Positions 1-7,425 of a stretch of 9,347 nucleotides of DNA are shown in pieces. Under the pieces are notes generated by a model. It saw nothing but the letters and a program-made list of their open reading frames with translations, was not told the origin of the DNA and did not search any database. This stretch comes from an uncultured archaeon (GTDB lineage: Archaea; Asgardarchaeota; Jordiarchaeia; Jordiarchaeales; Jordiarchaeaceae), in NCBI GenBank assembly GCA_964510585.1, contig CAZECW010000215.1:1-9347 (forward strand), written 5' to 3'. Numbering within the stretch: position 1 is the stretch's first letter; every line of letters begins with the position of its first letter. The position numbers and the translations under genes are program-made.

Positions 1-1
1 A

Positions 2-541
2 GACCAAGAAATGAAAGAATACATAGCAGATATGGCCCAGGAGCATGGAGCAACAGTTTTTGGAAACTTTCCCTACGAAATAGTTGAAGATAGACTCTGG
101 TACATCCCAGAAAAATCTAGAGCAGCGGTCATTGAAAGAGCATATGATGGCACACTTTTCAGGTATCCAGAAGACGCAGATACCGTAATAGTTCCCTGCG
201 CCAACACCACTGCCTTTGATATAACTCCTGCATATCCCTCCTCCACTGAAGTAATGGTTGTGTCCACAAGCATGGCCATTCAGAATATGTGGTTAGCCAC
301 AAGAGCCCTTAATCTTGGAATGGGCTACGACGCTTTACCCTGCGGTGACCATCGAAGGCGTGAAAAATTGGCTGACAAACTGGGATTACCCCGAGGGGTT
401 TTCCCACTGACCACCCTCGCCGTCGGCGTACCCCTATTCCCACGAACAGCAACGCCGGCCCGCTACCCCTTGGAAGGCATAGTCTACGAGGAATACTGGG
501 GCAACCCCTACAAAAGATTAGCATTCCGAAAAAAGGGATGA
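2..541 (+). CDS. Nitroreductase-family flavoprotein, 5'-truncated by the window edge
   Basis: Motifs SMAIQNMWLATRALNLG, LAVGVP and RYPLEGIVYEEYW are typical of the family. The frame is open upstream of ATG 11 (GAC CAA GAA = D-Q-E-M-K-E-Y-I-A, like the VxDxExKxxIA segment), so the N-terminal FMN-binding part probably lies outside the window. Confidence 0.85.
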   Translation, partial: DQEMKEYIADMAQEHGATVFGNFPYEIVEDRLWYIPEKSRAAVIERAYDGTLFRYPEDADTVIVPCANTTAFDITPAYPSSTEVMVVSTSMAIQNMWLATRALNLGMGYDALPCGDHRRREKLADKLGLPRGVFPLTTLAVGVPLFPRTATPARYPLEGIVYEEYWGNPYKRLAFRKKG

Positions 542-795
542 TTAAAATGGCTTCCATAAACATAAACTTGAGCGAAAAAACCCTCAAGTATTTACAGGAC
601 TTTTCAAAAGAATCCAATATTGAACTAGAAAAACTTTGCGAAGTAATACTGGACACATTTGTTGATTTTGGAGGGCGACTATTCACTGGAGACTGGAAGG
701 AAGGAATTCGTCTCGTAATTGATTGGCCTTCCAAACTCCACTTCGCAATAGTAAAAATTAGAAAAGAAGAAATGCAAAAAACCAGGGAGGTTTAA
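538..795 (+). CDS. Small hypothetical protein with a ribbon-helix-helix-like N-terminus and a short C-terminal module containing DWP
   Basis: ATGA overlap with the nitroreductase stop (538-541); alternative ATG at 547. ASININL (strand), SEKTLKYLQDFSKES (helix) and ELEKLCEVILDTF (helix) fit an RHH pattern. Confidence 0.7.
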   Translation: MIKMASININLSEKTLKYLQDFSKESNIELEKLCEVILDTFVDFGGRLFTGDWKEGIRLVIDWPSKLHFAIVKIRKEEMQKTREV

Positions 796-797
796 AT

Positions 798-1040
798 TTG
801 GCAGAATGGTTAGCAAAACCCAAAGCTACAAAAGAAGACCTCACACCCTACTTCAGAAATCTAAAAACCCTCGCAGACACCCTAGTAGAAGACAGGCTAC
901 CAAGAATAATACTGACCCTAAACCAAGAACTCTCACAAAAATTTTTCCAAGCAGTGAAAAAGAAGTACGGCAACATAACGCCCTCAAACGTTGAAAAGGC
1001 AGCAATGGAAGCAATCAAAAAATGGACAGAAAGCACCTAG
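798..1040 (+). CDS. Small protein with a C-terminal archaeal ribbon-helix-helix-like domain
   Basis: TTG start with GGAGG at 786-790, 2 nt after the upstream stop. RIILTL / NQELSQKFFQAVKKKYG / SNVEKAAMEAIKKW resembles archaeal RHH proteins. Confidence 0.7.
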   Translation: MAEWLAKPKATKEDLTPYFRNLKTLADTLVEDRLPRIILTLNQELSQKFFQAVKKKYGNITPSNVEKAAMEAIKKWTEST

Positions 1041-1051
1041 GAGGAACCGCA

Positions 1052-1435
1052 TTGACGAAGATAAAAGAAAGCATGCAAGCAATGGTTCAAGCCATCAACA
1101 AAAGCCCCAACGCAAAAAAGGCAATAAAAAAATGGATATCCACATACGACGGAAAAATAATCTCCTTCCACCTCGGCGAAGAAAAATTTCACATAATATT
1201 CTCAGAAGAAGAAACAAGAATAGAAGACGGAGAATATCCCAGCCCCGACGCAACCCTAGTAACCAGCCCCCAAGCCTTCCAAAACCTCATAAAAACCCCC
1301 CTAAACATAAAAAACATGCTAAAATCAGGAGAAATCGAAGTCTGGGGAAACCTACACGAATTCCTAGCCCTACTACAACAAGTCATACTCAGCGACCTAG
1401 ACATCCTCAACACCATACAAGAAGCCCTAAAATAA
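1052..1435 (+). CDS. SCP2 sterol/lipid-binding domain protein (127 aa)
   Basis: IEDGEYPSPDATLVTSPQAFQNLI...MLKSGEIEVWGNL matches the SCP2 pattern. Start moved from track ATG 1022 to TTG 1052 because AGGAGGA lies at 1039-1045 and this removes the overlap with the upstream gene. Confidence 0.8.
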   Translation: MTKIKESMQAMVQAINKSPNAKKAIKKWISTYDGKIISFHLGEEKFHIIFSEEETRIEDGEYPSPDATLVTSPQAFQNLIKTPLNIKNMLKSGEIEVWGNLHEFLALLQQVILSDLDILNTIQEALK

Positions 1436-1475
1436 TCACCCAAAAACCAATAAAACCCTAAAAAAGGAAACACGC

Positions 1476-1491
1476 GGAAAAAACTTAATTA
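1476..1491 (+). promoter_or_regulatory. Putative BRE + TATA promoter of fae-hps
   Basis: GGAAAAAA (1476-1483) is directly followed by CTTAATTA (1484-1491), about 50 nt before ATG 1538; SD GAGGTG at 1524-1529. Confidence 0.6.
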
Positions 1492-1537
1492 AGCAATTTT
1501 ACAAATGTCCTCATGCTGACAAAGAGGTGTTAAAACC

Positions 1538-2749
1538 ATGACATACCTAATCGGAGAAGCATTAGTCGGCAAGGGACAAGAGGTAGCACACGTCGACCTA
1601 CTAGTAGGCGAAAAAGAAGGACCGGTAGGCACAGCCTTCGCCCAAGGACTGACAAACTTATCCGCAGGCCACACCCCCCTACTGGGAGTCATAAGACCCA
1701 ACCTCCCGCCCAAACCACACGTACTAGTCGTGCCAAAAGTCACAATCAAAAACATGGAAGAGGCAAACAAAATCTTCGGACCAGCCCAAGCCGCAGTCGC
1801 AAAGGCCATAGCAGACGCAGTTGAAGAAGGAATGATTCCAAAGGACAAACTAGACTCTTGGGTAATAATAGCCAGCGTATTCATCCACCCCGAAGCTAAA
1901 GACTACCGGAAAATATACCACTACAACTACTCAGCCACAAAACTAGCCCTCAGCAGAGCCATGTCAAACTACCCGCCACTAGAAAAAATCCTCTACGACA
2001 AAGATAGAGCCGTTCACCCCATTGCTGGACTGAAGGTACCCCGCCTCTGGCGACCGCCATACTTGCAAATTGCTTTGGATAATCCCTCCATGGAGCAGGC
2101 CATAAGGGTGATTAAAGAGCTTCCCAAAAGTGACAGGATAATACTGGAGGCAGGTACACCCCTGATTAAGAGGTACGGTGTAAGTGCTGTTAGTAAACTG
2201 AGAGAGGTTGCACCAGACATATTCATTATAGCCGACCTTAAAACATTGGACACCGCACAGGTTGAAGTTGATATAGCTTATGAAGAGACTGCGGATGCGG
2301 TAGTTGTTTCTGGACTTGCCAGTAAAGAATCTATAGACCGTTTCATTTATGAAGCGCGTCGACTGGGCATTTATTCCATAGTTGACATGATGGAAGTACC
2401 TGATCCAGTGGAGAAGCTTGGGGAGCTTAAATCATTGCCAGACGTCGTTATACTCCATAGGGCCATCGATGTGGAGGCGACCGGCGAGAAGCCTCGATGG
2501 CACCTTATCAAAGAGATTAAAGAGAAAGTTGTTAAGGATAACAAAATGCTCTTCGCAGTAGCCGGTGGCATAACACCCGAAACAGCGCCGGAGGCCCTCA
2601 AAGCTGGGGCTGATATTCTAATCGTTGGAAGGTACATAACACAAAGCAAGGACATAGAGCGAGCAACACGCGAATTCATCGAGGTATTTGTGAGAGAGGT
2701 GCCGAAGGAACCTGGGGACGTGGACTTGTTTAGATATCACGTAGAATAA
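1538..2749 (+). CDS. fae-hps: Bifunctional formaldehyde-activating enzyme / 3-hexulose-6-phosphate synthase
   Basis: Fae domain: [50 protein letters not shown] domain: [44 protein letters not shown]. Confidence 0.97.
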   Translation: MTYLIGEALVGKGQEVAHVDLLVGEKEGPVGTAFAQGLTNLSAGHTPLLGVIRPNLPPKPHVLVVPKVTIKNMEEANKIFGPAQAAVAKAIADAVEEGMIPKDKLDSWVIIASVFIHPEAKDYRKIYHYNYSATKLALSRAMSNYPPLEKILYDKDRAVHPIAGLKVPRLWRPPYLQIALDNPSMEQAIRVIKELPKSDRIILEAGTPLIKRYGVSAVSKLREVAPDIFIIADLKTLDTAQVEVDIAYEETADAVVVSGLASKESIDRFIYEARRLGIYSIVDMMEVPDPVEKLGELKSLPDVVILHRAIDVEATGEKPRWHLIKEIKEKVVKDNKMLFAVAGGITPETAPEALKAGADILIVGRYITQSKDIERATREFIEVFVREVPKEPGDVDLFRYHVE

Positions 2750-2889
2750 GCAATTTACATTTTTAACAAACAATATTTGCCAATTGTGGCATGGCTGCCT
2801 TCTCTCACTTTATCTTATTTTGGATTTATAAAGTTCTTTGGGTCTTCATTATAGCTTTTCAGGCTTGGGAGTTTCGCCCTTCCTGTACC

Positions 2890-2904
2890 AAAAAAAGTGA
2901 AAAT
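2890..2904 (-). terminator. Possible archaeal oligo-T terminator of aor
   Basis: Minus strand reads TTTTCACTTTTTTT about 45 nt after the aor stop, in the gap between convergent genes. Confidence 0.4.
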
Positions 2905-2944
2905 GTTATGGATTGTATTTTCTTCTGTTTTTCCGTTGTTTACT

Positions 2945-4783
2945 TTATAGTCCGAGTTCTGAGAGTTTCTTTTTGGTTGGGATTCCGTTGTTGTCCCAGC
3001 CTCTGGCTTCATAGTATTCGTTAAGCATGGGTTCAAGATCAACGGTTTGGCCTGCTGTGGGACCTTTGGTGAGTTTTTCTTGGAGGAATCTTTTGGGAAG
3101 GGTGTCGTCCTTTCTTGATATTCCCTCTCTCACGTTGAACAGCCTCTTCAGGTTGAAAATTCGTTCGCCTATCTTTACTAGGTCTGCTACTTCAAACTTG
3201 TATCCGGTTGCGGCAGTGCACAATTTTGCCAATTCGTCTGGGAGGTAAGCGTACAAGTCGTAAACGAAGCTGCATAGTACCAGTGAATCGACGGTAGTTT
3301 TGAAGTCTTGTAATCCTTTTATCACGTACCCTTTTCCTTCTACTTCGTACGCCCCAGCCACTTTGTCGAAGCCTAGTTCGGGTCTCGGTGTAGCCATTAT
3401 TTCAACAAGCTGGGATGCTGGTCTCAGGTGGCATGCTCCTCTGTTTGAGGTTGCATAGCCTAAACCTAAGCCCTTATAGCCTTTGGGTTCATGCATTGGG
3501 CATTCCAGGCCTTTAACATGCATTGCGAACTGTTCTGATCCTTTTCCAATTTTCTTTGAGGCGTTTCTCACGCCCTCTGATAGTGTTGCTCCTATTCCCT
3601 CTTTTTTGCCCATCTTCTCTACTAGTTTAACTATCGCTTCTGAGTTTCCCCAGGTTAGGTCTAGCCCGTCAGTGTCCTTTTTTGTCAGTATTCCTTTCTC
3701 GTAGCACTCCATAGAGAAGGCTACAATATTTCCTGCCGAGATGGTGTCTATTCCGAGTTGGTTACAGAGTATGCCGGCCTTGACTATTGTTCCTAGGTCA
3801 CTGTTCATGCATAGTGAGCCGAATGCGGCCACGGTTTCATATTCCGGTCCCGCTCCAGATGTTCCTACGAAGGGTCCAGACTTTACTTCTACGTGTCCTC
3901 TGCCGCAGGCTATTGGGCAACCGTAACAGGCGAATTTTTTAGTTGTTATTTCCATTAAGGCGTTTCCATCAATTTTGTCTGCCTGATCAAAGACTCCCTC
4001 TCTGTAGTACTGTGTTGGGAGGGTGCCCATCATGCTGAGGGTTGCAAGTGAGCTGTTTGTGCCTTGTTTGCTTACTCCCTCCACTAAAAAGTTTGCTTTT
4101 AGGGCTTCACGGAACTTTTTTGCACCTTCATTTAGGGCTTCTGGATCTTCTATTGGGATTGATTGCGTTCCACGTACTGCTATGGCCTTCAACTTTTTGG
4201 AACCCATAACTGCTCCTAATCCGCATCTGCCAGCTGCTCTGTCTTTATCATTGATGATGCACGCTATTTTGACCAGTTTCTCCCCCGCGGGACCTATTGA
4301 GGAAACTACTATTTTTTCGTCTCCCAGACTTTTTTGTATCATGTCCTCTGTTTGGTAAACATCCTTGCCCCAAATTTTGCTGGCGTCTTTTAGTTCTGCT
4401 TCCCCATCTTTAATCCAGAGATATACTGGATCTTGAGATTTGCCCTCAACTATAACTGCGTCGAAGCCTGCGAATTTTAGTTCCGCTCCCCAAAAACCTC
4501 CTGATGTGGCTTCGCCCCAAATTCCAGTTAAAGGTGATTTAGCGGCAACAAGGTGTCTGCCTGAGGAAGGTATTCTTGTTCCAGTTAGAGGCCCTGTTGC
4601 GAAAACTAGTTTATTCTCGGGCCCTAAAGGGTCGATTCCCGGTTTAAGCTCATCGTAAAGTATTTTAGCTGCTAGCCCTGACCCGCCTAAGTAGTTTTTT
4701 TGCGTTTCCTCTTTAAAATCTTCGATGCTTATTTTTCCCTTTGAAAGGTTTACTCTCAAGATTTTCCCAAGGTATCCACCCAT
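2945..4783 (-). CDS. aor: Tungsten-dependent aldehyde:ferredoxin oxidoreductase family protein (612 aa)
   Basis: MGGYLGKILRVNLS start, KSPLTG, SGG, GPAGE, RAAGRCGLGAVMGSKKLKAIAVRG, [4Fe-4S] CYGCPIAC, PEYET, GIDTIS, HVKGLE, RGACH. Start placed at ATG 4783 with AGGAGA SD upstream rather than at track TTG 4828. Confidence 0.95.
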   Translation of the reverse strand: MGGYLGKILRVNLSKGKISIEDFKEETQKNYLGGSGLAAKILYDELKPGIDPLGPENKLVFATGPLTGTRIPSSGRHLVAAKSPLTGIWGEATSGGFWGAELKFAGFDAVIVEGKSQDPVYLWIKDGEAELKDASKIWGKDVYQTEDMIQKSLGDEKIVVSSIGPAGEKLVKIACIINDKDRAAGRCGLGAVMGSKKLKAIAVRGTQSIPIEDPEALNEGAKKFREALKANFLVEGVSKQGTNSSLATLSMMGTLPTQYYREGVFDQADKIDGNALMEITTKKFACYGCPIACGRGHVEVKSGPFVGTSGAGPEYETVAAFGSLCMNSDLGTIVKAGILCNQLGIDTISAGNIVAFSMECYEKGILTKKDTDGLDLTWGNSEAIVKLVEKMGKKEGIGATLSEGVRNASKKIGKGSEQFAMHVKGLECPMHEPKGYKGLGLGYATSNRGACHLRPASQLVEIMATPRPELGFDKVAGAYEVEGKGYVIKGLQDFKTTVDSLVLCSFVYDLYAYLPDELAKLCTAATGYKFEVADLVKIGERIFNLKRLFNVREGISRKDDTLPKRFLQEKLTKGPTAGQTVDLEPMLNEYYEARGWDNNGIPTKKKLSELGL

Positions 4784-4856
4784 AATCCATCTTCTCCTAA
4801 ACTTTTTTACGCGATTTTTCTGACTCAAAATATAGATTAAAAAGTAAAGGTGTCCA

Positions 4857-4865
4857 TATTTAAAA
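4857..4865 (-). promoter_or_regulatory. Putative TATA box of aor
   Basis: Minus strand TTTTAAATA about 75 nt upstream of ATG 4783. Confidence 0.45.
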
Positions 4866-5039
4866 TTATGTACAAAAAAGAGGTTTGTGAAGACTTTTTC
4901 AGCGATTGTCCCAAAAAGGTGGTTTTTGATAAAACTACCTTCTGATTTGGAGCTCTATTAGGATAGGAACAGATGACTCTAGTCCAAAAGGAGCATTAAT
5001 ATCTTCGATATTTGGTTTATGCATCAACTTTTGTGATTG

Positions 5040-5225
5040 TTAGAATCTCCATCCTCGTATTTGTTGGGCTCTTGGCGACTCGAACTCGTGTTTGCACTTG
5101 GGGCACTTTATGTAGCCGCAGTCTCCTAGAGCTGCGCTTGGGCATGATCCACAGGCGAATGTTCTTGAGTATGAAAGGTTAAATGTGAATCCGCACTTGG
5201 GGCAGGTTACGTTTCCTGAACTCAT
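5040..5225 (-). CDS. Small Cys-rich metal-binding protein (61 aa; CPKC...CGSCP..C..CPKC)
   Basis: ATG 5225 with GGAGG SD (5233-5237). Seven Cys including two CPKC knuckles. The longer track ORF from 5291 is probably over-extended. Confidence 0.8.
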   Translation of the reverse strand: MSSGNVTCPKCGFTFNLSYSRTFACGSCPSAALGDCGYIKCPKCKHEFESPRAQQIRGWRF

Positions 5226-5517
5226 CTGAATGCCTCCAGTAGAACAATCTTTTGTCTTATAATAAAGATTTCGAAAAGTAAAGACACTCATATAGAGTAA
5301 TAACTGCTTTTTTACAAAAAATTAGACATAAAAATTTTTAATGCGTTTTGGGATTTGGAGCGTGTTTTGAGACGAATTAAGTTCTATCAGAATGTGGTTG
5401 GGCTTTAAATGGGATAGGTCTTATAGAAGTTTTTTCTGGCAAAGTGACAGTTTATATGGGAGAAGATTGAGCTAAGCCTTGTTAAGTGAACCTGGGGGCG
5501 CTTTCTCTTGGCATTTT

Positions 5518-6564
5518 TCACGGAGAAATTTTCACGTCCAGAAACTTTTGGTCTTCGATTAGTCGCATTAATCTTTTCAGCCTTTCTTCGAGGGGTGGGT
5601 GCTTTTTAAGTAGGAATTTATATTTTTTGAAAAGGCGCATAACCATCTTATTTTTTAGCAGTATCCCGGAGTCGTCGGTATTCTCTGCTATTTTGATTAG
5701 AGCGGACGCCAAAGCTTCCGGCTTCCTAGTGATGCGTGAGGAAACCATGTCTGCGAGAAATTCTCGCTCTCGGTAGATAGCGGACTCTATAAAGTATCCG
5801 ATAGGGTTGTAAAACATGACTGCTCTGAGGAATGAGGAAGTTTTTCTAACAAAGCTATCCCTATTCACTATGTGAGCTAGCTCGTGGCCCAAGCAGGCTT
5901 CTAATTCCTCCTCGTCTAATATGTCGAGTAAACCACTTGAAATACCTATGAGCGGTTTTTTCTTCCCCTCATCTACAGTGAACACTACTGGTCTCTCAAG
6001 CTTGAAAATGAAGAGTTCCGGCACAGGTATTTTCATCAGCTGGGTGAGTTCCTTAGTTATTTTCTTTATGTGGCTATGGTTCTTGAAATTATTATCGTGT
6101 GTGGCGACGAGTTGGGATTGAAATAAATTTGTGCGGTTGTCAAAAAGTTTTATTCCTTTGAACATGAAAACGAATACAAAACACGCAACAACTAGTTGGA
6201 ACCCGCAGTAAATTAAGAAATCGGTACTTAATCTTTCAATCATCGGTGCAAATAAGTGGTTGTGAAGGAAAAGGTAAACTTGAAAAATTACTGTTCTTAT
6301 GGGGAAAAAAAGAAGGGGTAGCAGAAGGGCGAAAAACCAAACCTTAGTTTTTATCGAGTAAGCGTCTTGTTTCACAATTTTACAAATAATAAGGGATATA
6401 AGGGGCATAGAGAGAACTAAACACGCCAAAAATGATTGAATCATCTCAAGGGGCGTAACAAATTGATAATAGCTGAATAGGAATTGGACATTGATTTTTA
6501 AGGTTTCTTGTATAAATCTGACAGTGAATTCTAATAGTTTAAAAATTTCCTCAAGCAGACTCAT
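5518..6564 (-). CDS. BlaR1-like membrane zinc metalloprotease (M56/M48), no C-terminal penicillin-binding sensor
   Basis: About three N-terminal hydrophobic segments including WFFALLLPLLFFP (M56-like); HELAH zinc motif, REREFLAD third ligand, HPPLEERLKRL tail; ATGA overlap with the repressor stop. Confidence 0.88.
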   Translation of the reverse strand: MSLLEEIFKLLEFTVRFIQETLKINVQFLFSYYQFVTPLEMIQSFLACLVLSMPLISLIICKIVKQDAYSIKTKVWFFALLLPLLFFPIRTVIFQVYLFLHNHLFAPMIERLSTDFLIYCGFQLVVACFVFVFMFKGIKLFDNRTNLFQSQLVATHDNNFKNHSHIKKITKELTQLMKIPVPELFIFKLERPVVFTVDEGKKKPLIGISSGLLDILDEEELEACLGHELAHIVNRDSFVRKTSSFLRAVMFYNPIGYFIESAIYREREFLADMVSSRITRKPEALASALIKIAENTDDSGILLKNKMVMRLFKKYKFLLKKHPPLEERLKRLMRLIEDQKFLDVKISP

Positions 6565-7007
6565 TTATTGGGCTCGCCCCTACTTCTTATCTTTTTTAGT
6601 TGTCTTTTTATTTCCTCTATCACGTCGGGGTTATTTAAATTTAGGTTTTCGAGCAAAAACATGATGGTGGGTTCCTCAAACGATTTGAAGAGCCCGCTGA
6701 GAACATTTCTCGCAACTAGTTCCTCAAATTCTTTCCTGGTAAGGGCAGGAAAATAAACATAGTATATTCCTCCCTCCCTAATTAGCTCACGCTCCACAAG
6801 CTTTTTCTTATACAGCCGGTCCAGAATCGTAGCTATAGTGTTAAAAGCTACTGGCCGCCTAGCTCTCATATCTTCGTGAATAGCTCGGACGGAAGCTTTT
6901 TTGAGCCTCCAAACAGTCTCCATCACTTCCGATTCTAGATCACCCAAAACAGTGGACAAATCCTTCTCATGGGGCTTGAATTCGTAAACTTTAGGTTTAT
7001 CAACCAA
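6561..7007 (-). CDS. BlaI/MecI/CopY-family winged-helix transcriptional repressor (148 aa)
   Basis: LGDLESEVMETVW..SVRAIHE..AFNTIATILDRLYKKKLVER..YYVY is the family pattern. Start chosen at TTG 7007 with GGAGGG SD (7018-7023); ATG 7043 and TTG 7049 are alternatives. Confidence 0.92.
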   Translation of the reverse strand: MVDKPKVYEFKPHEKDLSTVLGDLESEVMETVWRLKKASVRAIHEDMRARRPVAFNTIATILDRLYKKKLVERELIREGGIYYVYFPALTRKEFEELVARNVLSGLFKSFEEPTIMFLLENLNLNNPDVIEEIKRQLKKIRSRGEPNK

Positions 7008-7375
7008 AGTTATTCTTCCCTCCAATCTTTTAAACAAAATCATGCACAAAAACTTCAGAGTAAATCACTTTTTTCCAATTTTTTCCATTGGCAAAGCGTA
7101 ATGGGAGTGTTTTCGTCTGGGTAATACATGTATATTTTTCATGTTTGTTGAGAGTGTAAGGGAGACTCAAGTTTTCATGTTCAAATCCAAGACTTGCTAG
7201 GAAAAATGGATGAAACGCTCCCATACCTTCAAACAAAGATCTTCACCCTTCTACTATTTTTTATTTGGTGATTTAGATTCTTAGGATATTACTGACTCAT
7301 TTTGAGGCTTAAATATGCTTTAATACTACTCTTTGGATTTGGGTGAGTTTAATTGGCTTTTTTGTTTACCGTAAT

Positions 7376-7383
7376 TTTTATAT
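7376..7383 (+). promoter_or_regulatory. TATA box of the rightward membrane-protein/ABC operon
   Basis: TTTATATA matches the archaeal TATA consensus; the expected TSS near 7405-7410 falls at the first dyad. Confidence 0.6.
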
Positions 7384-7395
7384 ACTCACGCCAGA

Positions 7396-7403
7396 CATAT
7401 AAA
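7396..7403 (-). promoter_or_regulatory. Possible leftward TATA box (repressor/protease operon)
   Basis: Minus strand TTTATATG; its BRE side abuts dyad 1. It would imply a leader of roughly 365 nt. Confidence 0.35.
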
Positions 7404-7406
7404 TTT

Positions 7407-7423
7407 AACTACAAAATGTAGTT
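7407..7423. promoter_or_regulatory. Putative BlaI-type operator 1: AACTACA-AAA-TGTAGTT
   Basis: Perfect 7-3-7 inverted repeat (core ACTAC-N5-GTAGT) between the divergent operons. Confidence 0.7.
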
Positions 7424-7425
7424 TG

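Noticed and set aside
309-734. Minus-strand ORFs opposite the left operon and fae-hps (73..279, 309..734, 848..1036, 1189..1473, 1489..1884, 2014..2253, 2371..2679)
   Set aside because: Antisense to well-supported genes, with no recognisable motifs or SD.
538-1040. Type II toxin-antitoxin interpretation of the two small genes
   Set aside because: No PIN, RelE, HEPN or MNT-like toxin signature in either protein.
991-1461. 156-aa K/R/P-rich + strand ORF
   Set aside because: Off-frame shadow of the A+C-rich RHH and SCP2 genes; low complexity and no motif.
1506-1527. Alternative short stems (TGTC/GACA versus CCTC/GAGG) around the fae-hps SD
   Set aside because: Only 4 bp each, too weak to call a riboswitch or SD-sequestering structure.
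2233-2262. HPS motif reads DLKTLDTA where I recall DTG/DVG
   Set aside because: A single conservative change with the other catalytic motifs intact; no evidence of inactivation.
2778-2791. TGCCA-ATTG-TGGCA hairpin after fae-hps
   Set aside because: A 5-bp stem is within chance expectation, and archaeal termination is better explained by the T tracts.
2791-4658. Plus-strand ORFs opposite aor and the minus ORF 2815..3042
   Set aside because: Antisense or off-frame shadows of aor.
4895-4912. ATCGCT hexamer upstream of aor, resembling the start of a ModE box
   Set aside because: The TATATA part and the second half-site are missing.
7124-7133. Palindrome ATACATGTAT containing TACA/TGTA half-sites
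   Set aside because: There is no spacer between the halves, unlike BlaI/CopY boxes; single 10-bp AT-rich palindromes arise by chance.
7030-7236. 68-aa minus ORF upstream of the repressor
   Set aside because: No motif, no clear SD, and it overlaps the repressor start region; probably non-coding.
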